Notes under the pieces: model-generated
What the model saw: only the letters and a program-made list of their open reading frames with translations
The model's database searches: none
What the model was told of the DNA's origin: nothing
Translations under genes and position numbers: made by a program
Part shown: one piece after another, positions 1 to 9,150 of the stretch
Position numbering within the stretch: position 1 is the first letter of the stretch
How the letters are laid out: each line of letters opens with the position of its first letter
Origin: Gemmatimonadales bacterium
Lineage (GTDB): Bacteria > Gemmatimonadota > Gemmatimonadetes > Gemmatimonadales > GWC2-71-9
Assembly: GCA_036398175.1 (NCBI GenBank)
Contig: DASWHL010000050.1
Location: forward strand, 29,571 to 93,570
Reading direction: 5' to 3'
Length of the DNA stretch: 64,000 bases

Positions 1-724
1 TGCCCCGCAGCCCGTACAGCACCGCCATGACGGCCAGGAGGTTCATGGCCAGCGGCCGCGCCTGGCCCAGGCCGGGGACGATCAGCAGCACGATCGCGCC
101 GGCGAGCAGCCAGCCCAGATGCTCGGAGAACCGGAACTCCGCGAAGGGCCCGAACGGGCGCCCGATCCGGATCCGGCCGAGCCGCGTCCCCGCCACCGCC
201 GCGAGCGCCAGGCACACCATCAGTTGCAGCGCCAGGGCCGCCGGGAACAGGTCCGCGCTGGTCTTCACCAGGTCGTTCAGCACCTGATCGAAGTCCGGCC
301 GGTGCAGCCCCACGGCGCCCGGCTCCGAGGCCACCCGGGCCGCCGACAGGACGAGCCGCAGCGCCGCCCCGGTCCGGAACCCCACCCACCAGTGCAGCCG
401 CTGCCACGACCAGCCGAACAGCAGGAACGCCGCCGTGATGCCCAGCGCGGCCACCGCGACCGCGAGCAGCGCCCGGTGCGTGAACGAGAGATCCGACCGG
501 CGGGACGCGATCGCGAACGCGGCCGACGTGAACACCAGGGCGGCCCGCATCACCTGGTCCGGGAGGTCGCCCGTCTGGAGCAGCCACCACAGCGCCAGGG
601 CACCGGCCGGCACGCCCAGCAGGACGGTGCGCCGGGACCGGATGCCGGCCGCCGCGAGCAACGCCGCCACCGGCAGCGCCACGAGCGCGACCGGGGTCGC
701 GAGCGTCTGCGCGAGTGGGCCCAC
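1..724 (-). CDS. integral membrane protein, 3' end outside window (possibly DUF2232/YybS-like)
   Basis: Absent from the ORF track because its stop lies left of position 1. The minus frame is open from 745 to 1: every TCA on the + strand is out of frame, and there is no in-frame TTA or CTA. GTG at 724 gives VGPLAQTLATPVALVALPVAALLAAAGIRSRRTVLLGVPAGALALWWLL... and the window edge reads ...LGWLLAGAIVLLIVPGLGQARPLAMNLLAVMAVLYGLRG. The protein is hydrophobic and multi-TM. The family guess is positional only (directly downstream of rpsR, as yybS is in Firmicutes). Confidence 0.55.
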   Translation of the reverse strand, partial: MGPLAQTLATPVALVALPVAALLAAAGIRSRRTVLLGVPAGALALWWLLQTGDLPDQVMRAALVFTSAAFAIASRRSDLSFTHRALLAVAVAALGITAAFLLFGWSWQRLHWWVGFRTGAALRLVLSAARVASEPGAVGLHRPDFDQVLNDLVKTSADLFPAALALQLMVCLALAAVAGTRLGRIRIGRPFGPFAEFRFSEHLGWLLAGAIVLLIVPGLGQARPLAMNLLAVMAVLYGLRG

Positions 725-745
725 GCACCGGGCGGGACGGCCGGG

Positions 746-967
746 CTAGCGCCCGGCGCCCCGCACGTAGGGCATCAGCGCGAGATAGCGCGCCCGCTTG
801 ATGGCGGTCGCGAGCTGCCGCTGATGGCGCGCGCACATGCCGGACAGCCGGGCGGGCAGGATCTTCCCCCGCTCGGTCGTGAACCGGCTGAGCGCCCGCT
901 CGTCCTTGAAGTCGAGCACGCGGACGCCGGACTCGCAGACGGGACAAGTCTTCGCACGGCGTCGCAT
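746..967 (-). CDS. rpsR: 30S ribosomal protein bS18
   Basis: 73 aa; [47 protein letters not shown]. The start overlaps the rpsF stop by 1 nt. Confidence 0.95.
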   Translation of the reverse strand: MRRRAKTCPVCESGVRVLDFKDERALSRFTTERGKILPARLSGMCARHQRQLATAIKRARYLALMPYVRGAGR

Positions 968-1335
968 CAGTCGCTCTCCTCAGGCTCGGGGCCGCCGCCG
1001 TCGTCGTCATCGTCGCGCGACCGTGGAGGCCGCGGCGCCTCGCCCTCGTTGAGCACCAGGAGGTGGCGCAGCACGCCGTCGTCGAGCTTGATGGCCCGCT
1101 CGTATTCGGGCAGCTGGACGGCCGGCGCCTCGAACTGGGTGACCACGTAGTAGCCGATGTCCTTGCCCTGGATGGCATAGGCGAGCTGCCGTTTGCCCCA
1201 GTGGTTCACGGATTGAATCGGCGTCGGCGCGTCGGGGGTCGTCAGCAGCGCATGGAACCGCTCCAGGCGTTCGTTCACCTGGGCTTCCTCCAGCGCGCTG
1301 TCAAAGATGTAGACCGTCTCGTAATGACGAGTCAT
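967..1335 (-). CDS. rpsF: 30S ribosomal protein bS6
   Basis: 122 aa; [11 protein letters not shown]...[11 protein letters not shown], with an acidic D/E tail. RBS AGAGGAAGG lies 3 nt upstream of the ATG. Confidence 0.95.
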   Translation of the reverse strand: MTRHYETVYIFDSALEEAQVNERLERFHALLTTPDAPTPIQSVNHWGKRQLAYAIQGKDIGYYVVTQFEAPAVQLPEYERAIKLDDGVLRHLLVLNEGEAPRPPRSRDDDDDGGGPEPEESD

Positions 1336-1446
1336 GGCACCTTCCTCTGGACGTGAGGCCCCAGCCGGTGCGGGTGGGGCAGGATCTGGTTTTCGGGAGG
1401 CGAAAGGTAGTGGGGCTACGGGGTTAGGAGCAAGGGCAGGCGGCGA

Positions 1447-1543
1447 GACGGCGAGACGGCCAGCGGTGGGGAGGTTCGAGGGGACTGTGATATCACTTTC
1501 GCCTCAGACTGCGGACGGCATGCCGTCTGGCCGTCTCGCCGTC
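1447..1543. repeat. palindromic intergenic element, subfamily 1b (GACGGCGAGACGGCCAG arms)
   Basis: Perfect 17-bp inverted repeat: 1447-1463 GACGGCGAGACGGCCAG and 1527-1543 CTGGCCGTCTCGCCGTC. The left arm is itself a tandem GGCGAGAC x2. The 10-bp palindrome GTGATATCAC (1487-1496) sits near the centre. Confidence 0.8.
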
Positions 1544-1667
1544 TGACCTCCACGCTGCATCCCGTCTCCCGATGCCTATTCCAGCGCGAAGACGGCGGTG
1601 GCGCCGATCTCCCAAGATCCTTGCCCTTTGACTATCTCTTACGCATCCGCGTTCACCAGGAGCCAGG

Positions 1668-3647
1668 ATGTCCCTTCGACGGTTCGTTGCCTTCCTGACG
1701 GTCACCACGTCCCTCGTTTCCGCCGCCGGTCACGCGCAGTTGCCTGAGCGCGCCGTCCGGCGCGACCTCCCCCTCACCAACATGATTCGCCGTGCGTTCG
1801 CGGCGGGCACGCGCGATTCCACCGGCCGGCCCGGACCGAGCTACTGGCAGCTCTGGACCGACTACACCATCACGGCCCGGCTCGATCCCACGGCGTCCAC
1901 GGTGACGGGCCACGAGACGGTCGTCGTTTATAACACGAGTCCGGACGACCTCACCAGCATTCACCTCAGGCTGTACCAGAACGTCTACGCCCCGCACGCG
2001 CTGCGGTCACGGCCCGTGCCCGAGGTGACGGGCGGCATGCCGGTCACCCGCATCACGGTGAACGGGGCGCGGGTGGACCTGAACCCGCCGCCCCGGTTCC
2101 GGGGCCGGGGCCAGGTGCCGGCCCCGGTGCGCCTTGCGGCCTACGGGATGGACCAGACCACGGCCGAGATCACGCTGCCCGTTCCGGTGTCCAGGGGGGG
2201 ACGGGCCACGCTCGAGGTGGATTGGAGCTTCAGCGTGCCCTGGGCGGACGGGTCACGCGGCCTCCGCATGGGTCGCTGGGCTGACAGCCTGTATCAGATC
2301 GCGCAATGGTATCCCCAGGTCGCCGTCTACGACGACCTGCGCGGCTGGGACACGGATCCGCACTTGGGGGGGTCGGAGTTTTACAACAACTTCGGCCGGT
2401 TCGACGTGACGCTCGATGTCCCCACCGGCTGGCTCGTGGGCGCCACCGGCGTGCTCCAGAATCCCGAGGCGGTGCTGACCGGGACGGAACGCGAGCGGCT
2501 CTCTCGCGTTCTGGCGTCGGACTCCCTGCGCACGATCCACGGCCCCGGTGAGCAGCGGACGGGCCTGGCCGGCGACCGCGCGCGCTGGCGCTTCGTCGCA
2601 GATACGGTCCACGACTTCGCGTGGGCCACGTCGGATCGGTTCGTGTGGGAGGCCACCCGGGCCACGATCCCTGAAAAAGGCCCCATCCCCCTCTACATCC
2701 TCTATCTCCCCGGCAGCGCCGAGCAGTACCGGGACGTCGGTCCCACCGTGCGGCACGCCCTGGCGTTCTACTCCGACCTCTGGATGCCTTACGCGTATCC
2801 GCAGCTCACGACCGTGGACGGCCCCGACCGCGGCATGGAGTACCCCATGTTCATCATGTCCGCCCTCGGCGCCGCCGACCACGAGGCGGGCCACGAGTGG
2901 TGGCCGATGATGGTGAGCAACAACGAGACGTGGTACGGGTTCATGGACGAGGGCTTCAACGTGTACATGAACCGCCTGTCCCGCGCGCACCGGCAGGGCG
3001 TGGCCCCCGACCTGGATGGCCTGGGGCAGGCGTACGGCCGGATCAGCGGCGACGAGCGGGAGGCGCCGCTCATGTGGAATGCCAACTACGGCGGTCCCAT
3101 GTATCGGTTCCAGGCGTACGACAAGGCGCCGCTCATGCTCTCGATGTTGGGGGGGGTGGTCGGCGATACCGCCGTCTGGAAAGCCCAGAGCGACTTCGCC
3201 AAGGCGTGGCGCTTCAAGCATCCGTCGCCCTGGGACTACGCGTTCTTCCTGAGCAACGCGCTCGGCCGCGACCTGGGGTGGTTCTGGTACTCCTGGCTGT
3301 TCACCACCGACGCGGTGGACGGCTCGATCGCGGACGTGACGACCACTGGCTCCCGCACCACGGTGGTCGTGCGGCAGGACGGCCAGATGCCGTCGCCGGT
3401 CGTGCTGGCGGTGGAGCTGGCGGCGGACGGGCCACCCATCCGGCCGATGGCGAACAGCGTCATGCAGGGCGACCGCACGGCCATCGTCACGTGGCCGGTG
3501 GACGTGTGGTTCGGCGGCAGCCGAACGTTCACCGCGGTGCTCGACTTCGGCGGTCGACGGATCGAGAAGATCACGCTCGACCCGCGGCGCCGGTTTCCGG
3601 ATCGGGAACCGGCAGACAATGTCTGGCCGCGAGGCGGCAGCAACTAG
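1668..3647 (+). CDS. secreted M1-family zinc metallopeptidase (aminopeptidase N-like)
   Basis: 659 aa; signal peptide MSLRRFVAFLTVTTSLVSAAGHA; gluzincin motif HEAGH-x18-E (HEAGHEWWPMMVSNNETWYGFMDEGFNVY). Confidence 0.85.
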   Translation: MSLRRFVAFLTVTTSLVSAAGHAQLPERAVRRDLPLTNMIRRAFAAGTRDSTGRPGPSYWQLWTDYTITARLDPTASTVTGHETVVVYNTSPDDLTSIHLRLYQNVYAPHALRSRPVPEVTGGMPVTRITVNGARVDLNPPPRFRGRGQVPAPVRLAAYGMDQTTAEITLPVPVSRGGRATLEVDWSFSVPWADGSRGLRMGRWADSLYQIAQWYPQVAVYDDLRGWDTDPHLGGSEFYNNFGRFDVTLDVPTGWLVGATGVLQNPEAVLTGTERERLSRVLASDSLRTIHGPGEQRTGLAGDRARWRFVADTVHDFAWATSDRFVWEATRATIPEKGPIPLYILYLPGSAEQYRDVGPTVRHALAFYSDLWMPYAYPQLTTVDGPDRGMEYPMFIMSALGAADHEAGHEWWPMMVSNNETWYGFMDEGFNVYMNRLSRAHRQGVAPDLDGLGQAYGRISGDEREAPLMWNANYGGPMYRFQAYDKAPLMLSMLGGVVGDTAVWKAQSDFAKAWRFKHPSPWDYAFFLSNALGRDLGWFWYSWLFTTDAVDGSIADVTTTGSRTTVVVRQDGQMPSPVVLAVELAADGPPIRPMANSVMQGDRTAIVTWPVDVWFGGSRTFTAVLDFGGRRIEKITLDPRRRFPDREPADNVWPRGGSN

Positions 3648-3721
3648 GACGCCGGGTCGCGGAGACGCCATGAGGGAGACGCAGTGGCGCCGAGGCGCGC
3701 CGTGGCTCTCGGAGGCGAGTC

Positions 3722-3961
3722 GTGAGCGCTGACGACGAGCTCGATGAGGCATTCCCCCTGGGGGATGGGACGGCCGAGACCGCTGCCGTGGTCGTGTGTC
3801 CGTATTGTGGGGAAGGCGTGGAGATCGAGCTTGATCCCGGCGGTGGCGCGGCGCAGGACTATGTCGAAGACTGCGCGGTTTGCTGTCAGCCGTGGCGGGT
3901 GCGCGTGCGGTACGACGGTGCGGGCCGGGCGGACGTGGGGGTTACGGCGCTCGACGGGTAG
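3722..3961 (+). CDS. CPXCG-motif cysteine-rich small protein
   Basis: 79 aa; VVVCPYCGEGVEIELDP...YVEDCAVCCQPWRV (four-Cys zinc-ribbon-like). GTG start. Its 3' end overlaps the convergent fucosidase gene by 20 nt. Confidence 0.7.
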   Translation: MSADDELDEAFPLGDGTAETAAVVVCPYCGEGVEIELDPGGGAAQDYVEDCAVCCQPWRVRVRYDGAGRADVGVTALDG

Positions 3962-5348
3962 GGCGCGGACGCGTCTCGAGCACCACGACACGATCGGGCT
4001 CGTCCGGCGTGGGCGGCGGCATCGTGAGGGTGAGCCCGGCCTCCGTCTGGCTGACCGGGACGGCGGTTCCGCGAGCGAGCATTCGCGCCCCCCGCACGTG
4101 GACGTCGAGGGGTGGGAGCGCGAGGCTCCGGTCGGGCCAGTCGAGCACGTGCACGAACACCGTGTCGCCCCGCTGGGTCGTGACGCCCCAGCTACGCGGC
4201 GGGATCGGCCCGCCCCGCGTTCCGTAGATCGACCGGCCGTACGTCTCGAGCCAGGTTCCCAGCCCCCGCAACCGCTCCACCGCGTCCGGCTGGATGGTGC
4301 CGTCCGGCCGCGGACCCACGTTGAGCAGCAGGTTGGCGTCGGCACCCGCGGCCCGCACGAGGTAGCCCACCAGCTCGCGCGTGGACTTGAACGCCGTGTC
4401 GGCGATGTTGAAGCCCCAGGAGCCGTTCATCGTGAGCGACGTCTCGAGCGGCAGGACGCCGATCTCCGTGGTGTTGAAGCCCGCCGTGTTGGACCCGGGG
4501 AGATCCTGCTCGAACGTCTGCACGTCCTCGCCGGGCAGCGGTGCCAGATGGTGGTTCGGCACGACGAGCGCCGCGGGCTGGCGCCGGTGGATCAGGTCGT
4601 AGGTGCGCGCGAGCCGCCAGTCGGCGTCGGGCTTGTCCCACATGCCGTCGAACCAGATCCCGCCCAGCGGGCCGTAGCGGGTCAGTAGCTCTTCGAGCTG
4701 GGCGTCCATGAAATCGAGGTAGGCCGTCCAGTCGCCGCGCTCGGGTCGGCCGGTGGCCCGGCCGGTGCGGCCGCGGGGGAAGTAGTCCGGATGGTGCCAG
4801 TCGAGCTGCGAGTAGTAGAAAAAGAGCTTGATGCCGGCGCGACGGCATTCCGCGGCCAGCTCCTGGAGTGGATCCCGGCCGAACGGCGTCCAGTCCACGA
4901 TGTCATAACGCGTGGCATCGCTCGCGAACATCGAGAAGCCGTCGTGATGGCGCGCGGTGATCGTGATGTAGCGGGCGCCCGCCGCCTTCGCGATGGCTAC
5001 CCACGCGCGCGCCTCGAACTGCGCGGGGTTGAACGTGGCGGCCAGCCATTCGTAGGGTCCGACCGGGATGCCGCGGTTCTGCATGACCCACTCGCCCTGG
5101 CCCAGCTGGCTGTAGACACCCCAGTGGATGAACAAGCCGAGCCGGGCCTCGCGGAACCACGCGCGCGCGGCGAGGCGCTCGGCGGGGACCGGATCGGCCG
5201 GGGGGAGCTGCGCCGCCGCGGGGACGGGATAGACGCCGAGACGCAGCGGCCCCAACAAGAACGCCGAGACGCCGAGTCGCCGAGTGACCGCCAGGGCGAG
5301 CCGTGAGGGACTCGCCGAGCGGCTTCGCGACTCGCGACTGAAAGCCAC
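3942..5348 (-). CDS. alpha-L-fucosidase (GH29)
   Basis: ARLGLFIHWGVYSQLGQGEWVM and the overall GH29 pattern. The start is uncertain: the track start at 5456 is TTG and overlaps pth by 50 nt. The in-frame GTG at 5348 gives a long R-rich n-region followed by LGVSAFLLGPLRLGVYPVPAAAQ. The 5' end runs through repeat DNA. Confidence 0.8.
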   Translation of the reverse strand: MAFSRESRSRSASPSRLALAVTRRLGVSAFLLGPLRLGVYPVPAAAQLPPADPVPAERLAARAWFREARLGLFIHWGVYSQLGQGEWVMQNRGIPVGPYEWLAATFNPAQFEARAWVAIAKAAGARYITITARHHDGFSMFASDATRYDIVDWTPFGRDPLQELAAECRRAGIKLFFYYSQLDWHHPDYFPRGRTGRATGRPERGDWTAYLDFMDAQLEELLTRYGPLGGIWFDGMWDKPDADWRLARTYDLIHRRQPAALVVPNHHLAPLPGEDVQTFEQDLPGSNTAGFNTTEIGVLPLETSLTMNGSWGFNIADTAFKSTRELVGYLVRAAGADANLLLNVGPRPDGTIQPDAVERLRGLGTWLETYGRSIYGTRGGPIPPRSWGVTTQRGDTVFVHVLDWPDRSLALPPLDVHVRGARMLARGTAVPVSQTEAGLTLTMPPPTPDEPDRVVVLETRPRPTRRAP

Positions 5349-5395
5349 CGCGCGACTTGGCGTCTCGGCGTCTCGTTCAATGCGTCTCGGCGTCT
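5231..5395. repeat. nested inverted repeats, subfamily 1a (GACGCCGAGACGC)
   Basis: AGACGCCGAGACGC at 5231-5244 and ACGCCGAGACGCCGAG at 5261-5276 face GCGTCTCGGCGTCT at 5360-5373 and 5382-5395. The internal AAAGCCACCGCGCGACTTGGCGTCTCGGCGTC resembles 41133-41165. Confidence 0.75.
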
Positions 5396-5406
5396 GGGCG
5401 CCTAAC

Positions 5407-5973
5407 CTATCCACCGCGGTTCCCCACCGGATTGAATCGCTGCATGGCCTCGTCAATACCTTCGGTGACCCAGCACTCGACGGCGTCCGTCATCACCGGC
5501 CACAGGGGCTCCAGGGCGTCCATCTCGTCGGCCGTGAACGCCGCAAGGACGAAATCCGCCAAATCCTCGATCCCGTCCGGCGGTGGCCCCACGCCCACGC
5601 GGAGCCGCGCGTAGTCGTGGGACCGGAGCGTGTCTTCGACGCTCCGGAGGCCGTTGTGGCCGCCGGCCGACCCGCGGGCCCGCAGGCGGAAGGTGCCGAG
5701 CGGGATGGCGGCGTCGTCCACGAGCACCAGCAGATCGCGGGCCGGATCGAACTCGGGATCCGCGAGCAACGGGCGCAGCGCCGCGCCGCTCAGGTTCATG
5801 TAGGTCTGGGGCTTGACGACGGCGATCGGCGTCCCGGCACCTTCGCCCACCGTGACGCGAGCGGGTCCGCTCCGGCGAAACGCCGGCAGGCGCCAGCGGT
5901 CGGCCACCGCGTCGGCCAGAAGAAACCCGGCGTTGTGACGCGTGGCCGCGTACGCAGCGCCGGGATTCCCCAA
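5407..5973 (-). CDS. pth: peptidyl-tRNA hydrolase
   Basis: (L)GNPGAAYAATRHNAGFLLAD...GGHNGLRS. The track start is TTG. Homology (RAIVGLGNPG) continues upstream to 5991, so the true start may be non-canonical. Confidence 0.9.
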   Translation of the reverse strand: MGNPGAAYAATRHNAGFLLADAVADRWRLPAFRRSGPARVTVGEGAGTPIAVVKPQTYMNLSGAALRPLLADPEFDPARDLLVLVDDAAIPLGTFRLRARGSAGGHNGLRSVEDTLRSHDYARLRVGVGPPPDGIEDLADFVLAAFTADEMDALEPLWPVMTDAVECWVTEGIDEAMQRFNPVGNRGG

Positions 5974-5994
5974 GCCGACGATCGCTCGCAGCGG

Positions 5995-6660
5995 TCAGTC
6001 CTCGCTCTCTTCGCCCTCTTCCTCGTCCTTCGGCTTGCGAATGAGCTCCGGCTCGGCCACCTCGGCCGTCGGCTCCACCACGCCCTCCACCGGCTCGGCC
6101 TCGACCCGCGGCGCCACGACCGAGCAGATCGTCACGGTCGGGTCCGTGAGGATCTCGGCGTTCGGGATCGTCAGATCGCTGACGTGCAGGGACTGCCCCA
6201 GCCTGAGCTCGGTGACATCCACGTCCAGGCGGTCCGGGATGTTCGTGGGGAGCACGCGGATCGTGACGTCGCGGAGGGCGTGATCGAGCACGCCGCCGCC
6301 GTTCCGCACGCCGTCGGGCGAGCCGATCAGGTGGACGGCCAGCTGGAGCGTGATCTTCTCGCCGGCGCGGATCTCGAGAAAGTCCACGTGGAGGATCTTG
6401 GCCCGGAACGGGTGGCGCTGGATTTCCCGCACCAGGGCCTTCACCGGCGATCCCTCGACGTCGAGGTCGAACACGGCGCTGCCCACCTCGAGGCCGGTGA
6501 GGACGCGCTCCAGCTCGGCCTCCCCAAGGGACAGGGACTCGGGGTCACGCCCGTGCCCGTAGATGACGGCGGGAATCCGCCCGCCCATGCGCAACTGGCG
6601 CGCCGCGCCCTTGCCCGCATTCGACCGGCGCTGCGCGCCGAGTGCTACTGTCTGAGCCAT
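5995..6660 (-). CDS. rplY: 50S ribosomal protein bL25 / general stress protein Ctc
   Basis: MAQTVALGAQRRSNAGKGAARQLRMGGRIPAVIYGHG..., with an acidic C-terminal tail. Start moved to ATG 6660 (M16 of the track ORF), which leaves a 41-nt spacer after prs. Confidence 0.9.
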   Translation of the reverse strand: MAQTVALGAQRRSNAGKGAARQLRMGGRIPAVIYGHGRDPESLSLGEAELERVLTGLEVGSAVFDLDVEGSPVKALVREIQRHPFRAKILHVDFLEIRAGEKITLQLAVHLIGSPDGVRNGGGVLDHALRDVTIRVLPTNIPDRLDVDVTELRLGQSLHVSDLTIPNAEILTDPTVTICSVVAPRVEAEPVEGVVEPTAEVAEPELIRKPKDEEEGEESED

Positions 6661-6701
6661 ACCCTGGATCCCCGTGACTGCGTGATGACTGCCATTCCCC
6701 T

Positions 6702-7655
6702 TCAATCGAACAACGAACTCACCGACTGATCCGAGTGCGTATTCCGAATCGCCTTGGCCAGCAGCGGCGCCACCGACAGCACCGTCAGCCGGTCGAAGCG
6801 CTTGTCCTCGGCCAACTGGATCGTGTTCGTCACCGCCACTTCCTTCAGCGGCGTCGCCGACAGCCGGTCCACCGCCGGGCCCGACAGCAGCGCATGGGTG
6901 GCGCAGCAGTAGACGTCCCGCGCCCCCAGCCGCGTCAACGCCAGCACCGCCTCCGCCATCGTGCCCGCCGTGTCTATCATGTCGTCCACGATCAGGCAGT
7001 CCCGCCCCCCCACGTCACCTACCACGTTCACCACCTCGGCGATGTTGGCCGAGGGCCGCCGCTTGTCAATGATGGCCAGCGAGGCGTCCAGCCGCTTGGC
7101 GAAGCTCCGGGCCATCTTGGCGCTCCCCACGTCCGGCGCCACCACCACCACCTCGCGCAGCCCCTTCTGCCGGTAGTGCTGCACGAACACCGGCGAGGCG
7201 TACAGGTGGTCCACCGGCACGTCGAAGAACCCCTGCAACTGATGCTGGTGGAAGTCCATGCCGAGGATGCGGTCGGCCCCGGCGGTCTCGAGCAGATTGG
7301 CGACGAGCTTGGCGCTGATGGCCACCCGCGGCTGGTCCTTGCGGTCCTGCCGCGCGTAGCCGAAGTAGGGTATCACTGCCGTCACCCGCGCGGCACTGGC
7401 CCGTTTGGCCGCGTCAATCAGCAGCAGCAGCTCGAGCAGGTGCTCGGCCGGCGGGTTGGTGGGCTGGATGATGTAGACGTCCCGCCCCCGGGCGTTCTCG
7501 TCGAGCCGTACGAAGATCTCGCCGTCCGCGAACCGGCGAATGGTCACCTCGCACAACGAAAGGCCGAGGAACCGTGCGATCTCCTCGGCCAACGGACGAT
7601 TGCCCGTGCCCGAGAGCACGAGGATTTCGGTGCGGGACAGCGACCACTCGACCAT
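6702..7655 (-). CDS. prs: ribose-phosphate pyrophosphokinase
   Basis: 317 aa; RFADGEIFVRL, YFGYARQDRK, DLHQ-like FHQHQLQGFF, VAPDVGSAKMAR, IVDDMIDTAGT. Confidence 0.95.
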   Translation of the reverse strand: MVEWSLSRTEILVLSGTGNRPLAEEIARFLGLSLCEVTIRRFADGEIFVRLDENARGRDVYIIQPTNPPAEHLLELLLLIDAAKRASAARVTAVIPYFGYARQDRKDQPRVAISAKLVANLLETAGADRILGMDFHQHQLQGFFDVPVDHLYASPVFVQHYRQKGLREVVVVAPDVGSAKMARSFAKRLDASLAIIDKRRPSANIAEVVNVVGDVGGRDCLIVDDMIDTAGTMAEAVLALTRLGARDVYCCATHALLSGPAVDRLSATPLKEVAVTNTIQLAEDKRFDRLTVLSVAPLLAKAIRNTHSDQSVSSLFD

Positions 7656-7764
7656 GAAGGCACCCCAAGTTAGTCGGCGGTGCGCAGGTCGGGTAGGCTC
7701 AACCGCGACGAAAATCTCAAACGGGCGTTCGGGCCCTGCGGCCAGGGTATTCCATTAATAGGGA

Positions 7765-8052
7765 TCAGATGCCGCGGGAGCCCTCGTTCTGCGGCCCGGT
7801 CTGCGTCAGCACCTTCCGCACGAACCAGCACGTGGGGATGACCGTCAGATCCTGCTCGCGTGCCCAGGCGAGCGCGTGATGGGCGAGCCGCGTGGCAATG
7901 CCCCGGCCGCGCAGGGTGTGAGGGGTCCAGGTGCTCGCGTAGTCCACCGTGCGCTCGTCCACGAACCGGTAGGCGAGATAGGCGACCTCGCCGTTCAGCT
8001 CGAGCCAGAAGCGGCGGCCGGGGTCATGCCGGATTGGCGGCACGGGAGACAT
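7765..8052 (-). CDS. small GNAT-family N-acetyltransferase (YjdJ-like)
   Basis: Only the last 95 aa of the 230-aa track ORF look real: RRFWLELNGEVAYLAYRF...HTLRGRGIATRLAHHALAWAREQDLTVIPTCWFV. ATG at 8052. Confidence 0.7.
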   Translation of the reverse strand: MSPVPPIRHDPGRRFWLELNGEVAYLAYRFVDERTVDYASTWTPHTLRGRGIATRLAHHALAWAREQDLTVIPTCWFVRKVLTQTGPQNEGSRGI

Positions 8053-8327
8053 GCGCTGAACGTGGATGACCCGGGGTGGCGCGCGCAAGCGCGGTTGGCT
8101 CACCTGGCGCGGATCTCCGACCGCTTCAGGGTCCCGTCGGTCATGCCGCTTGCGGCGGCGCGGAACCGGGTGCAAGGTTAGCCGCGACCCGACGCACGGC
8201 GGCGGTTGCTCCGAGCTACTGCCGAGACCCCCGACGATGTGACCGCCAGGAGCCTCCCCGCCGCTCCAGTGACAGCATCGGACCGCCGCTGGATTCCGAG
8301 TCCCGAGCACGGGAGAGAGGAGTGGCC

Positions 8328-8648
8328 ATGTTCTGGCGCGAACGTCCCCGAGTTGGTCCCCTGATTGGTCTGGCGGCGATGCTGGCCGGGCTGGCGGCCT
8401 GCACCCGACTTCCCCAGCCGATGAATCTGGAACAGGGCGGAATTGAAGTCGATTCACAAACGCTTCTGAGAATGCCCGGCTCCATCCCGTTGGCCTGGGG
8501 GAACCTGGTGTCCGTCACCCTCGACCCGATCAACCGCAACGACTTCCGACTGTGGTTCCAGGATGACGCTGGGGAGATTCGCGTGCTGGGCATAAAGTCC
8601 CGCACCCACGAGCTCTGGACGGCCGCGCTGGTGATCCACCGCGACTGA
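8328..8648 (+). CDS. lipoprotein, unknown function
   Basis: ATG 8328 is preceded by GGAGAGAGGAG. Lipobox LAGLAAC. 106 aa. Confidence 0.65.
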   Translation: MFWRERPRVGPLIGLAAMLAGLAACTRLPQPMNLEQGGIEVDSQTLLRMPGSIPLAWGNLVSVTLDPINRNDFRLWFQDDAGEIRVLGIKSRTHELWTAALVIHRD

Positions 8649-8660
8649 GGAGGCAGGACC

Positions 8661-8897
8661 ATGGAACGACTACCCAGCCTCGTGCTTCGAGGGCTGTTTC
8701 TCGTGGCCCTCGTGCTCGGCGGCCTCGCCCTGTGGGAGAAGGCCGCGAACATCCTGGGCTTCACCTTGACGTTCGTCTTCGGGCTCGATCCGTCCCGGCT
8801 GCTGGAGTGGGCCGCGATCGTCCTGCTGTTCGTCATCGTGCTGCTCTTGCGGGAGATCAAGCATCAGACCGGTGGTGCCCGGCCAGCGGGACCGTAG
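8661..8897 (+). CDS. small membrane protein (2 predicted TM helices)
   Basis: 78 aa; RBS GAGGAGG upstream; LFLVALVLGGLALW and AAIVLLFVIVLLL. Lies 12 nt after the preceding lipoprotein gene. Confidence 0.6.
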   Translation: MERLPSLVLRGLFLVALVLGGLALWEKAANILGFTLTFVFGLDPSRLLEWAAIVLLFVIVLLLREIKHQTGGARPAGP

Positions 8898-9150
8898 GCC
8901 ATCCGCGTCGTTGACGCCGGTTGGCTCCGCAGGCGCACCGAACCCCGCTTGGCCGCGGGGCGCTACACGTCGCCCGGATGGGGGCGACCCGACGGTACCG
9001 CTTACCCGTGTCCGGCCCCCGCGCCGCGACCCGTCGTGAATTGCGGGGCTGCCCGTGGGCTACCCACATGCGTCAACGACGGTTGCCCGGTCCGGCACGA
9101 CCTCGGCACGTACCAACGACGCCCGTACGCAATCGCCAGCGATATCAGAG

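Noticed and set aside
967-1335. Missing ssb between rpsF and rpsR, as a possible deletion.
   Set aside because: Direct rpsF-rpsR adjacency with a 1-nt overlap is a normal arrangement in many phyla, so it is not an anomaly.
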